This document shows positions 37,632 through 51,528 of a DNA stretch of 64,000 nucleotides, in pieces; position 1 is the first letter of the stretch; each line of letters opens with the position of its first letter. This stretch comes from Balanoglossus misakiensis. Lineage: Eukaryota > Animalia > Hemichordata. The stretch spans positions 1,167,882 through 1,231,881 of the forward strand of contig CM082591.2 in NCBI GenBank assembly GCA_040954595.2, in the 5' to 3' direction. Under the pieces are notes generated by a model, which had not been told where the DNA came from, did no database searches, and was given only the letters and a program-made list of their open reading frames with translations. The position numbers and the translations under genes are program-made.

Positions 37632-40298
37632 TTAAACATGTCTGGAAGGATTTGCGTCATCAACAGCTTCTTCAAAGTATCTGTCTGCGCGATGTCTTCG
37701 AAGTCCATGAATGGCTGCTTCTTCTATACTTGTTAATTTCACACCCAAGTCTTCCAAGCCAGGCATTCCAGGTGCGATTGACTCTGTTGTATGATACTGT
37801 CAAATACAGAGAGATACAAAACGTGCTTAGAACAATGATACTGGCAAATACAGGGAGATTGAACAATGACAAGTTAGTGAGAACCCTGTGGAAGTCAGTA
37901 TTCCACACACTCCATAAAGACAACTTCTCACCCTTTCCAGTTTGTCCCGGGAGAGCCACGGATCAAAGTAGGACACTTCAAACATTCTGGCCAAAGCTCG
38001 GAGAGCGAATCTAGGCATGGGAGCATAGACGTAAGGTCGACGTGTTATCCTGTAGATGTAATGGACCAGTTCATCTAAATGGTAGCGATGAGGCCTGCAA
38101 AATCAAAACAAGACTGGTTTAGACACTGAATAAACAAATGGAAACAAAGGTCAATGCCCAAACACTTATGATGGGTGAGGATATAATAATAGTACACGAG
38201 TCAATTATATTTCAAAGATGACGTACCCTGCTAGCTCGTAAGTTTTCCCAGCAGTGTCTCTGTCTTTGATGACATTGATGACGGCTGTAGCAACATCCGA
38301 CACCTAAAGCAAAACAAAATATCATCACAGGACAAACAAATAGATTTTGTAAGTGTTTAACTTACACATGCACCTACGCATCGATCATTCATTGCTTTAT
38401 GAAGGAGTCAGATTCCGTTTGACAAGTTTTACTTGTGAAGAGGATTACTTACGTAGACAGGTTGTTTGATTGCTTTTCTATCACTCCAGAAGAGAGGTAC
38501 ACAGCCAGCAAAGCGCAAATCTGTTGCAAAGGCAAAAGAAGGTTTGAAGTAAATTAAATTAAAGGTAGACGTCCCATCACGTCTGCAGGTATGGGTCCAT
38601 TACAACACAGCTGTCAATGTGAATTTCAGACAATCCTCCCCTTCAAGCCTTTATGCATTACTTACTGGAAAAATAGTTGAAGTATCTATCCTCCCTTCCG
38701 TAGATCTGTGCTGGTCTTAGAATGGTCACATCTGGGAATTCTTTCTTGACAACCTCCTCACCAGCAGCCTATCACACAAAGCCATACATAGGTTCAGGTA
38801 TGAAATAAACCAATGATTTGATTGGTTAGAACTGTACCATGTGACAGTGAATGACTAAACCTGATAATACGGATACACTGATTGGTTCAATGTTATGAAA
38901 TAAATTATATCAAAACACTACACTTTACACAGGCCATTCTTACCTTTGTTCGGAGGAACTTGGATCTGGATTTCATATTTGCTCCCAGAGCTGACATGTG
39001 TACAAGTCTTGGAACCTTCAATTCCTGGGCAATGCTTGCGATCTTACCAGCAATGTCAATGTTTGTGTCACTGAAGTGAAAATTCCTGCCAAAATGATGA
39101 ATGGACACAAATGTCATCTTAAGATCTATTCTAGAATACATTCAACAAAATTAATCACCAACTCATACACTGTGGTTACCTGGTTTCAAAGTCTTTGCTC
39201 ATCAAATTAATGACAACGTTTGAGTGTTGCATCATTTCACGAATGGAGTCTTCAGACTTTGCATTGAATTCCTACAAGCAAAGGAAACACTCAGTCAATT
39301 CAAGGTTTCAATGTTGTACGAGCTTCAAAAAAGAACTCCAGCATATATGCAGGTGAGTAAACAGGATCAGATGAGTGAAGTTAAGAATGATGCTTACAAG
39401 CAGTGTTATTTGTCCTAGATCTCCCATGACTTTCAGATGTCTTGTATCATCAGGGTCACATCGGTATGGTACAACTATTTGGGATCCTTCCCGACCTGTG
39501 ACAAAAACATTATGCAGTCATTACACACTAAGACAATGCACATATCTACCACTGCACCACATATCTAGTGTTCAGCACAACTGTCAGATTCCAGAGCATA
39601 GGGATAAAGGAGAGGTGATATCGTAAAGTTGCAATATACTTTACCTAGTCTGTTGACAACATAGCGACCAACAAACCCAGTGGCACCGAACACTGTAGCC
39701 ACGATACCACTGAAGGAAGACCTTCCACCTCGTCCCCTTGGAACCAATGAATGGTGGAAAGTTCCTGGTTGACCTGGAGCAACCCCATGGTGGCAATCCC
39801 TCTTGCAGATTACGGCAAAGCTGACTGCAGGGGTTACTTGACCCCCTGGAATCGAAACATATACATTTGAATACATGAAATTGAACAGGGATGTTCCTTT
39901 CTTAAGCTGCCATCTTCAACATAAGTTTAGTTTATAAAGCATCCAGTCTTACAATACAATGCGTAACACTAAAATATCATATTTTAATTTCTGCAGTTTG
40001 TACTTCAGCGAGGCAGGGCTGTGTTTTGTTTCCGACTGAACGTAGCTCACGTTCTCCGAGCTGGAGATCGAGATATATTGCATGCAAGGTCAAACCTGGG
40101 TCAAATTGTTGACACTTCGATATCGTTAAAAAATGGCACGATCTTGGCGAGAAAAACAATTGTGCGACAGTTTCCACTAAAGTTGCGTTGTATGCGCTGT
40201 TGCTGATTACCGTTATACCAGCCAAAATATCGTTAACGGTGCACAATGTGTTACTTACGAACAGCACAGGACGTTCTGCTTATCAATATAGCCGCCAT
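37632..40298 (-). CDS. NDUFA9: NADH dehydrogenase 1 alpha subcomplex subunit 9 (39-kDa SDR-like); about 10 exons
   Basis: '[31 protein letters not shown]', '[11 protein letters not shown]', '[12 protein letters not shown]', '[22 protein letters not shown]', '[10 protein letters not shown]', 'MPGLEDLGV'. Confidence 0.95.
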
Positions 40299-41022
40299 CT
40301 TTGATGGGCAACTGCGCAGGTGAGACGACGCAAGTTAAGACCTCTTAACACACATCATAAAAATAGTACATGAATTTGCCTTAAATTACATTTTATTGTC
40401 TTTTTCGCTTAGTTTCTATGATTTGCCTGATAAACTGAGATTCTTTTCTTTGTCTTACAAAAATCCTTATTCATAAATTTACGATTTCATACTGATAGAA
40501 CATAATACTGTACTTACAAATGAGGTGGCGCTGTTGATATGATTTCGTTTGGAAAGTTGGGGAGTCCAAACGCACAACACACGATTCTCGAAAATCCAGG
40601 AAGTGGATGTAGGTGTTGAAAATTCTCGCTTACGGACAGTCTTTTGAATTCAGTAAAGATCGGGCAACAAAACTATAAAGCTCAACTGAAGACGAGTGCG
40701 ACTGTTAAGGTTGATTTGATCGCCGAACCAGGTTTATATAGATCTGAGTTGTTGAAACTTCATCGGGTAAGTGTGCAAGTGCATTGTTTGAAACCAACAA
40801 GTACATTTGGTCAGTTTCTTTAGCAAGGATTTGCATCTGACAAGACTTTGTTTCTTTGCAGATTGAATAGTTTGTTTTCTATTTCATCTATATTGGTGTT
40901 AAATATTTATGAATGCACAGTGTTCCATTCAGGATCACCAACATGGGTGAAGCCCCTCAGTCCCTGTCTAGATGAAACACTAAATGTGAATTAATTTTTG
41001 CAATGTTGTTTATTTTAGCACC

Positions 41023-41451
41023 ATGTCGTACATGTTATCACATCTTCACAACGGATGGCAAGTGGACCAGGCCATTCTCTCAGAGGAGGATCGTGTTGTC
41101 GTCATCAGATTCGGACACGACTGGGATCCCACATGCATGAAAATGGACGAGGTCCTGTATTCCATCGCAGACAAAGTGAAAAACTTTGCAGTGATGTACC
41201 TAGTGGATATAAGCAAAGTTCCAGATTTCAACAAAATGTATGAACTCTACGATCCATGCACCTGTATGTTTTTCTTCAGGAACAAGCATATCATGATTGA
41301 CTTGGGTACCGGTAACAACAATAAAATCAATTGGGCGCTGGAGGATAAACAAGAGATGATAGACATTGTTGAAACTGTGTATAGAGGAGCCAGAAAAGGC
41401 AGAGGCCTGGTGGTGTCACCCAAAGACTATTCAACAAAATACAGATATTAA
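41023..41451 (+). CDS. TXNL4A: Thioredoxin-like protein 4A (Dim1/U5-15K), uninterrupted CDS
   Basis: 142 aa 'MSYMLSHLHNGWQVDQAILSEEDRVVVIRFGHDWDPTCMKMDE...GRGLVVSPKDYSTKYRY'. Acceptor just upstream of the ATG and a UTR donor near 40768. Confidence 0.98.
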   Translation: MSYMLSHLHNGWQVDQAILSEEDRVVVIRFGHDWDPTCMKMDEVLYSIADKVKNFAVMYLVDISKVPDFNKMYELYDPCTCMFFFRNKHIMIDLGTGNNNKINWALEDKQEMIDIVETVYRGARKGRGLVVSPKDYSTKYRY

Positions 41452-42738
41452 AAATATTCAGGATTTTTTTTCTATGGAGAATAATCATGTGCTGAATGGA
41501 CAATTTATATTTTTGAATGGAATTTTTGACATAATTGTTATGATACCAGGCAGAAAAAGTACAAGATAATGATACATGTTGTCCTGTTATAGGCATATCC
41601 TTCATAGCATGCATATTGTTAGCTGGTACCATGTATGATTTTCGTCTGTTATCTCTGTGACTGGAGCGAGCTGATTTCAAGATATAGACTGGAAAAGAGC
41701 TTTGTATCATGGCGTACTATTTCAATAAAGGTGATTGCGTTAAGATGTGTATCCTAGTGTTGTCATTGTATTATTGAATTAAGAAATGATATCAAAATGT
41801 GATACACTTGTAGATCAATTATTATTGACATGAGAAGCCAGTCCCGGTACCCGTCAGAGCTTTCATTGTTAATTTCATTGTTAATTTCGTCTTGAAAGTA
41901 ACACAGACTGGTACGAATAGCGCCCCCAAGCGAAAAGACAGAAACTTGTTTTTGTGACGCAAGATTGTCTGCATTTCGGGATATTTGTAAGTATGGATCT
42001 CCACCTTATTCCTCATTATATGCTGGTGATTTTATTAAATTTATAATTAACAAGAAACCTCCATTTGTAATCGTGAATTTTGGCGTTGCAAGTACACTTG
42101 TTCATATATTGAATGGTTGGTTTCAAAGTCGTATACGTCATCACACAGCTGATATAAGTCACGTGGTAAACTATTGGCACGCACGTGGAAGGCTGTGTTC
42201 GTTCGCTGCACGCAGGTAGGTGAGAAATTAAACCGTTTTATTGCTGAGTACATGAATAAAGTTAGACTCTATCAATTTGCCATAGTTCAGAGTATAAGCT
42301 TGGTTATTTTTGTGTGTCTACTTTCAGAAATTCAGCCACAAAACTTGAAAATGGAAACCGACATTAACACCGATTGCAGACGTTCTACAAACGTTTTCCA
42401 CTGTACACAGACATAGCCTAGAGGAGATGAAGGTAGAGAGAGAAAAGAACCTTTATTTCAACAATACAATGACCACGGATCATTTGTACATGTAAATAAA
42501 TCATCTAAGTTTCATATAGTGAAATGATTATCTGTATATCTATGCGTGTTATAGAGTTGTGTCGCCACAACTTTTTGGTAAATTGAACGTATGTGACACT
42601 GAGCTAGGCATGGATGTAAGGTCACCCAGAGGTCAAGAAAGTGCACGGCCTTTTGAATAAAACTACATTGTATCTATTTAGACCTACATGTGCCACGTCT
42701 GCGACGCATGATTTAATACGAACTGTGCCAAATTGTCC

Positions 42739-45700
42739 TCAATTGCCAAGACTCCTAAGAACATTGCTATAATCATAATTTGTTCTGTATCGAATTGGCG
42801 CAGTTCTCTGCGGTTTACAGAATTCCAGTTGCAACACGTTCAATTCGTACACCAACGCACCGACGACGAATGCTACGTACAACGCCATCAACGTCAAACC
42901 AATCTTTCGGTCCACTTTCCACTTGTTGATGGCTATGATGAAGACACCAATGATAGTGGATCCTAACAGCATAACAGTGACATAGGTGAGTCCCGTCTCT
43001 TTCATTGTCAGGGCCGGGGCATTGCAAGATTCTGCTGCTAAGATGACCGTGTCAATAAACCAAGGTAATCCCAAGCCTACCAAAATTATGAAAATGTTGG
43101 CACCCATCAAATTGGATACAGCCATGTCTCCAAACCCTGAAACAACAAAATGTACTTATTTATTAAATGTTTTACAAGTCACACAATGATTAGGAAATGA
43201 ATAAAGATGTCACAAACAGAATCACAATAATTGCTGGTATGCTACAAGGGGTAGCCAAGCTTATATGTGACAATGTGTGGAGTTACTTTTTGACATTTTG
43301 ACATCAATGTAACCTGGAAATGAGAATTACTGGTACAAATGGATGAAGGAGTGAGAAGAAGATAATTTTTTCCAAGGATTTACTTATTAGCATGCTTATT
43401 GCACTTTTATGATTTTGATTTGAATAAATCTGCACTTCTACTTCAAAGAAAGTGCAAAAACTAGGGGGGGGGGATGCTCATATTCTGTAAGCTTTCATTG
43501 TATCTTACCTGCTCTGGCTACCAAGAGACTGGAAATCAGATCTGGTGCACTGATGGCCACCACTAACAATGACAAACCAACAGCCTCTTCCGGTACTAAA
43601 AACGTGTACCCTGTAAATCACAATACAGAAAAAGTAATACAATGGTGTATCCTGTTGTGCCTAGCGGGAAGCCAAACACGAACTCTGCAGAATAAATAGG
43701 ATTCGTTTTCAGGAAAGTTCACCAATCAATCATAGCAATAACTTGTCAAGATATTATGCATCTCCATAGCAACAGTGTGAACAAGATATCTGAACACACG
43801 AAAGGACAGTAGCAGCTGCTGTACAGTTGATTTTTTGTCAGTTTTATGGTTCTTTGTTTCAAGTAGTTTCCTTTTCTCACAAACAAGTTGAAAGATCAAT
43901 TTTTCACTTTGTCAAGACATCCTTACATGTTTAAGAACAGCGTGTGAACGGAATATCTTACCGATAATTATTACCATCCATACAAGTACATAAGAGCAGA
44001 CCATTATCCATAATGTCGACATCAAAAATGTAACGATATACCAACTACCCCAGCGTTCTTTGCGGCAGTCGGGAACTGTTACGAATAAGACGCAATAGAT
44101 TGGCAGCGATATGAACCACAGAAGACGTCGTGCAATTCCCGTGTCTGGTATTCTGAATGGTCGGAAATCATCCGCGGTACCATCTGTAAAAACAACAGAC
44201 GTTAATTATATTTAACGTTTGTCAAATTGTGACAGATTTCACCGATTTTCGTTATCTCCAGGACTTCACAGACTCGCGACAGTGTGAGAGTTACCGATGT
44301 TGAGGATAGACGATCAAGGATAAACGATAGGTAAAGTTGGAAGCGACCATGGAAATCAAGAAACATTTGAGTTCAAAATTAAACATGCCTTCTTTATTTG
44401 TTTCATCGTGGAGGACATCATTATCACCATCGGTATGAGCATCATCGTTGCCGCGGTCGTTACTATTTTTCAAGGCATCATATTCAGCCTTCTCGTTGCT
44501 TGAAAGTGGGCGCTCTTCGCTGAATTCGGTTTCTTTCTTCTCGTCAAGTTGAACACAAACACTGTATTTCGGCAAACAGACAACCACCAGGACGTATGAT
44601 ATGTAAATTAAAAGCATGGTGACTGCCTCATACCTGAAAGTGATCAGTCATTATTTTATTTATGACATCGTTCGGGCGTTATTAACTCCGGAATGCGCAA
44701 ATAATAAAGCAAATTGAAACTTCGGTCACCCAGTCTGTCATTGTCGTCGGTGGTTTGTCTCCTCGTAAAATTACCCCCTCCCAACGTCACGTCCTTGTCA
44801 ACCTTTTAAAGTGAATAAACCCATCACAAAAAGATGATCTAAATAAAATAAAATATAGACTTAAATATAATATATTATTCGTGTCAGCATAGATGAGTAC
44901 ATACCAGAATACTTTATCGTCATAGACAATAACGACCAGCGCAACCACGGCCAAGAGAAAATAGAACGAGTTTCTTAGCATCGATACCCATGACAGCGAC
45001 AGAGCCTAGCGAGTTAAAACACGAAATTGTGATAAAAACTGTTGAAATGTTGGCATACGCTTTGCATGGACGGATATCCCCAAGAATTCTGTAAGTGCAG
45101 ATTAGACAAATACTGCTACTGCTTCAAAACTTCTGCTTGCGTCAAGACTTTTAATAAATGGACGTGAAAGTGAACCTTTACGGGGTATACGTACATCCGA
45201 GAGATCGTGGGATGGACGAGGGGTGTAAGAAGAAGGGAGAAAGTAAAATACTTGAAATATAATTTATATATTTTAGACGTTGGCACACTACTCACGTTTG
45301 CAGTCGGGATCAAAATTAGAGACATATTTGAATTCAATATTCAACCATATGGTATGCCAACTGTCATCGTTTGAAAATCGATGTTTTAATTGGACACAAA
45401 ACGGAACATAACATTAGGCTACAACGCCACAATATAATATCAAAATCTGAAGCTAACTTTGCACCAAACCATATAACCGCAATTCCTCATAATTAAAAGG
45501 AGTTACTGCATTATCGACTCTGTCGTCAGTAATCGACGAAATTCATGAAAACATTTTTTGCATGGCGCTGAGTCGCGTAAAATGTCTTGCCAGGGCGTTT
45601 ATAACCTTATGGTGATAAAAACAGAATATGACATCGCTGCATATAATTTTACATTTAAAATAACTGACAAGGTGAACGCTTTTAAACGAGTCAAAAATGT

Positions 45701-47395
45701 GGAGAATACTAATTACCGTTGCTGCGCATACTCCGCATAGACCAATTAAAAACAGCGTACTAAATGCACATTCTCCAATGATAGCACTCATACCAATGTT
45801 ATCTTTGACCACAAATACTCCTGGAAAACAAGTGAGGAAAAAGTCAGTTAAAATTTTTCCTCGACGAAGACATACTGTATTCTGTGGTAACTCATTAACT
45901 TCAGTGTCCTGGGATTATGGCTCCCGCATGTTAGAGTATGAGAAATTTAAAACAGGATTTCATTTCTAAATTTATTTTGCTAATCCTATTAACATCAAAA
46001 GAAAGTTTAATAAGTCATAAACATGGAGTTGTATCACAGTGTATCTCTTGTCGAAGTCTAACAGCCCCATGCACATGAAAACCACTTCTAGAAGACCTGT
46101 TGACGATGCACATCATCTCGATGGAATTAGGATGTGACAGACAGTATGTTAACTTACCAACAGATGAAATGACCAGACCGGATGCTGAACACCCGGCCGC
46201 CATGAACGTAGCACCCGCTACTTCTGACTGAATGTTCAGTTCTGAGAGAGAATAAAAGTATTTTGTGCGTGTGTCATCAACAGGAAAACTATGTGGCGAG
46301 TGCGACCATGCATAAGTTTCATATCAAAATGACTGTTGTCGATATTAACAATCGGCGAGGGCAAGAGACGATAGTATCATTTTAATGTACTCAGATGATT
46401 GTACCAACAGGGAACATTATATTGATTGTATTATATTTAGCCTGTATACTCTCTATCTATATATAGTCACAGATTGCAATCGGTTAACGTACATGTTATT
46501 AATAGCGAGTGTTTTGCAAAAGGAACATGTGTTCTTTGTTCATTAGTAGACATTATTCAGACATGTTCAATTTTGAAACAGGGACAATATCCTTACTTAG
46601 TTTTCTTCATATTTAACACATGTTTAAATATATATTTTTCATTTGTTTTAAATTCTCACGTCATAGACATTGTAAACTTGCATTAACCATGGTCGGAAGT
46701 CCCTACGTCCAGAATTATAAGAGACAAAACATCACGGACACCACCAAACCTTGGCCAATTTCATTCTAAGATTTGATTGGACTAGACTTGATGATCTGCG
46801 GTCTTGCTATAGGGAATAAATTTAAATTCAAGAATTTTATCAATTTCCCATTTACTCAGTAAGACTACGGAAATATTTGTACAATTAGTTTTTATGGGTT
46901 ATGTTGTATTTTAATTGTGCGTGTTTTTAAAATTCTGCTGGTAGTGTTACCTAATGTAACCCATCGGCGTCCATAGCAATCTTTCCAAACAATTCCATTG
47001 ATCTCGACAATATAACATTTCGGGAAAGTTATAAGACAGACACGATGGGTTGTGTGATGTGGGGCTACTTTCAAAAGTCGACTGCGACCAAAAAACGATA
47101 TGCGAAATTATCACTGAAAACACAGAAACCTGAATGAGTACTCACTTTTGCAAATGCATGTCAGTGACGGCACGAAGTAATGATAGCAGAGTAAGAGTAA
47201 GGCGTAGGTGAGATATGCCGAAACTGCTATATGGGTGATGACGGCACCGTGTCGTCTCTCGAATTCCGTGAAGAGATCTGGCGGAAAACTGTCGAACGGC
47301 GGCTTCAGACACTCCAACGGGATATCTGTTGAAGCCTCCGTCGTGTTGATCGGCTGCATCGCTGTCACTTCTGTGGAAAGCCGATTCTCACTCAT
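42739..47395 (-). CDS. SLC24/NCKX-like Na/Ca-K exchanger family protein with divergent alpha repeats; 5' end unresolved
   Basis: 'FPPDLFTEFERRHGAVITHI...FVPSL', 'VAGATFMAAGCSASG', 'LFVTVPDCRK', 'SYVLVWMVIII|GYT', 'SAPDLISSLLVARA|GFGDMAVSNLMGANIFIILVGLGLPW'. Confidence 0.85.
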
Positions 47396-49033
47396 GAAAC
47401 TAATCCACGCGATTCATCATCTTGCAGCTTGTGGCGTGTCTGTTTAATATTTGAAATATGTTGGCGATCTGTATGAGATCCTGGGTGGAGATACACGTAA
47501 AACAAAATGTGGACAAAGACAAAGCATGCCACAGACAAAAATATGTTTTTTTTCCAGCTTCGTTTAGACCATATGTTGATACATCGGTCACGTTAAATTA
47601 TGTATTCACGAGCCTCGCAAAATTTCGTCTGTGCGTTACATAACTGTTATTTATAAGTGTGATCGCAAATTATAAAAATGAAGCGCCCAATGCACAAAAG
47701 TCCAAGTAATTAACATGATAGACTCCTACCAACTTGCAAAAACCAACCACGTAGCTGCCAAATGTATCGTGCTGGTATTTTCAATAGCAAATATACCGGT
47801 AATATCGACAGCTGTCGCCGTCTCCACCTTCGGATGTATGTAAAACGCCACTTGATGTTAAAATAATTTTATCGTTTCTATCACGCGGCGATGTTGAATT
47901 GTTCATTACAGAATTCATTGCAGCAAGAACATTCGAGCGTAAATTCAGTAACAGTCCTGCATTTTTCACTGTTGTGAGCGCAGATGGGTTCTATTGTGTC
48001 TGAATGTCTATTAAATATTATCCAGAGACGTGCTGCGTTGAGCAGTATACTGTGTTCTGATCCACGTTAACAGTACACCGTGTGGTCATTCACAATTGTC
48101 TTACAAAGTTACCTTGTACATTGTCTGCCTTGTAAGCGCATATATACACACATACGTTCAGAGAAATGATCACTTCAAAACTATTAGCGTACTGCTTCTG
48201 AAGGGTAGATTTCATTTCATGAATAAAAAATCAATTGAGAGTGTACCTTTTTTTCCATATGGTGTTTTAACCATCTGCTGTGCATGGTTTAACACCTACA
48301 AGTTTTTTTGTTCAACTTTCAGACTGGCGACGTTGCTAATTCTAAGTATGGAAACCGTCACAAACCCAAATAACCGTAAAGAGTTGGCCCAGATCAGCCC
48401 AATTTTGTGTCCTACAAGTCCTTATGGGAGAGAGGTGCCGTACATTAAATTTGAAAGTGAAGAACCACAAAGAACTACAAAGAGAGAAGACTCTCCGTAA
48501 TCATTCAAGGTTAGTACATTGTACAGGTATGTGTTAAAATTAATATACTCATTGTCTGGTAGTTATGACAACAGAATGCGTAAAACATACTTACGGCAAG
48601 AGTTGCGAAAGGGCTCAGTCTTACCCAAAGGTATTGTCCATAACTCGGTTAAACAGTTCATATAATAAATTCCATTTTCATTCCTAAATTACCGCAGCAT
48701 TCCTCTGCTGAATATAAAATGATGGAATAAATAACAACGGGTGATGAAAGTATTCATTCGTTAAAATATGTTCGTTCCGTGACAGTTTAATTCAAATGAC
48801 CTTGCAGCGTTAATTGGTTCTGAATGTCTCGCGATTTGCACTCGCAATAGTTGTCCAGATCGTCAGAGAAAAGTTTCCCATTATTCGTACGTCAGGTTTT
48901 AATGGATTCCCAGGGTTTATATAATTTGGTAGACGCCACAGGAAACATTGGAAACGGGAGATCTAAAATCTGTTGTATAAAAAAATCATAACCAACTACG
49001 CGCGTGTATACCTGTATATTGCGCAGCAATCAA

Positions 49034-49215
49034 TTACTGAAAAGCATGTTATTTTCGCGAGTTGAAATTTTAGCGATTTCGAGAGAGGCCACTGTTACGC
49101 GAGTATTAATTTTCGCGTTCTCGTACTGCATCGTGCGAGTCTTTATTTTCGTTTTTTTGGCTCTCGCGTATTTCGTGTAAATTTATTGCTTGCGAAATAA
49201 CAAGTTTTACAGTAT
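49034..49215. mobile_element. TA-flanked TIR element (MITE) rich in TTTTCGCG
   Basis: tactgaaaagcatgttattttcgcga ... tgcgaaataacaagttttacagta imperfect inverted termini. Confidence 0.55.
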
Positions 49216-49800
49216 GTTATATGCTAACGTTCATTTTTCAAGTATGATCGTTCGTTGCCCAGTGGTGGCGCTAAACTAAAATAAAACGGCCAAAATACTA
49301 GTATTCGCGATAAACACGTTCAGCTATATTTTGACACGATTTTGGATTTGCTGGAAATAGACTTTAGGGATGTCGTTTTACAATGGAGGTTATTGGTGTA
49401 GTATTCATCTGCGCAAACATTTGTCCAATACATGCAATCCACGGGCATTGACACATGGCAACAATAATTTGGACAACAGGGCATGCCGAGCGCAAGAGAG
49501 TGCATTAGGAATCGATACAAACTCATTGGCATTAACTTTTGTAGCGATAACTGAATATTTTGTGGCCAGTTACATCCGAAAGAAAGACTACAGAAGCACA
49601 GAGATATACCAACTGAATGCACCATTTTATGATCGACCGCTCCAAAAGTCTGCAGCAAAGTTGCTGCCTATACCTGTCTTTTTTAAATTTAGCGATGATC
49701 ATCATTTTTAGTTTCATTGCAATGGCTGCTGGGATGCTTTTGTGATTACAAGTACTATTGACAGACGAGAACATCACTGGTCTCTCTGTTTGATTTCACG

Positions 49801-50712
49801 ATGAGTGGAGTTGATGGCGACGGTTTCTTCTTAGATGGCTTCTATTTCCCCAACACCCATTACGACATCAAGCCTCTAAAGGACCGTATCATTGACCAAA
49901 TATGGGATATGAGGGACAGTGACATCATTGTCTGTACATTCCCTCGATCTGGCACTCTGTCGATGGTCAAAGCTGTTCTAGAAATCTGCGAAGATGCGCA
50001 CTGGAAGCTACCCAGTACAAATACACTGGTACGGCTGGGTTACATCTACGAGAAAACGGATAAATTCATGCCTGGTTTGTATGGTGAACAAGTCAGAACC
50101 GTCAAGAAGTACTTGCGTGAGATCCCATCCCCGAGGTTGTTGGTTAACCACATGGGCGTTCCCTTCTTCCACTCCAATTGGCGAGAAGGCAACAGGAAAT
50201 GTAAAATCATAGTCCTGACACGAAATCCTAAGGATGTCTGTGTCTCCTGGTATCACTTCTTGAATGAATCGCCTCTGGGGCGGAAGAAACTGACGTGGGA
50301 CCAGTGGGTCAAGGACTTCGCTGATGGTCAAGTTTGGTTTGGTCCATGGTTGGAACATGCAACAGGTTGGCATCAACATGGCCTGCAAGACAACATTCTT
50401 CACGTTGCATATGAAGACATGAAGACAGATATAAAGTCCGTGGTGTTGAAAGTTGGCGAATTTTTGGGCAAGCCTCTGAATGAAGAGAAACTACAGCGTG
50501 TTGTAGACAACTGTAGCATTGATGCCATCAGAAGAGACGGTGTTGACCAGGAAATGTGGGCATCGTGTGATCGTGAATTCTGGCCAAAGGGAAAGGAAAA
50601 GATACGCAAAGGAGATGTGGGAGATTGGAAAGATCACTTCACGGTGGCACAGAATGAATATTTTGATAGCAAGATCACCGCTGAGGCACAGAAGAGAGGA
50701 ATAAATATCTGA
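49801..50712 (+). CDS. Cytosolic sulfotransferase (SULT family), copy 1, intronless
   Basis: 5'-PSB 'TFPRSGT', 3'-PB 'RNPKDVCVSWYHF', 'FGPWLEH', 'YEDMK', 'RKGDVGDWKDHFTVAQNE'. Confidence 0.93.
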   Translation: MSGVDGDGFFLDGFYFPNTHYDIKPLKDRIIDQIWDMRDSDIIVCTFPRSGTLSMVKAVLEICEDAHWKLPSTNTLVRLGYIYEKTDKFMPGLYGEQVRTVKKYLREIPSPRLLVNHMGVPFFHSNWREGNRKCKIIVLTRNPKDVCVSWYHFLNESPLGRKKLTWDQWVKDFADGQVWFGPWLEHATGWHQHGLQDNILHVAYEDMKTDIKSVVLKVGEFLGKPLNEEKLQRVVDNCSIDAIRRDGVDQEMWASCDREFWPKGKEKIRKGDVGDWKDHFTVAQNEYFDSKITAEAQKRGINI

Positions 50713-51528
50713 TATTTTAAACATCTTCAGAGTATCCTCATATATCATGTGTTCATTGTGTCTTCATACTATTTGGTGTTGGGATGTGTTTGAGAGTCTG
50801 ACCATTAGAGCGATTTAAGAACAACATCGAGACGTTAAGCAGAAGAAGCTGAACTTTAATCACATGGGGATAATATCAAAGAACATCTACTTGCTATTTT
50901 GTTTTCGTTGCATCCAGGTAATGGCAGAATTAGGACTTTCTCCTCAAACCCATCAAACTGTAGCGAGTGAAGCATTTTAATCGTATGATGTTAGCTCAAA
51001 ATAGTTCCAGTTGTACATGAATTGGCGACATGTTTTGGACATGTCTACCATACGAGTGTAATCAACTTCTGAAGATTAGAATAAAAAATAACCATTCGAA
51101 GGCTATTTTTCAAATCGGTTCATTAACTGGAAACGAACATGTCATTACTCGAAATGGTATCAGAGACAAAGACCCACATTAAAATAATATCTGCATATTT
51201 TCCCTTTGTTTCTGGCAACCAATGAACTGGATTTTTGCCAGCTCAACGGTGGTGGACATGCACAATAAACAAAATTACTGATCTTACAGCTATTGTTCGT
51301 GTGCTTTAAAATTCTACCACTTTATAGCTGTCCACATTACTAATCCAGGGCAGCTGACTGTGGTGGGAACAGGCTCTCCACAACCGCATTTTGAAAGATC
51401 CACTTGGAGTTGCAGTGTTCAGCCGTTTTGTTCTAGACATTCTGCAAAGCACAGCACAAAGACAACTAGAAAACCAGTCGTAATTACATACCCAGAAGAC
51501 AGGCGAGTGTATTCAGTTAGATTTCACG

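Noticed and set aside
49532-49777. Basic plus hydrophobic ORF as first exon of the SLC24 gene
   Set aside because: Resembles a signal anchor, but no in-frame splice path to exon 47395 could be established.
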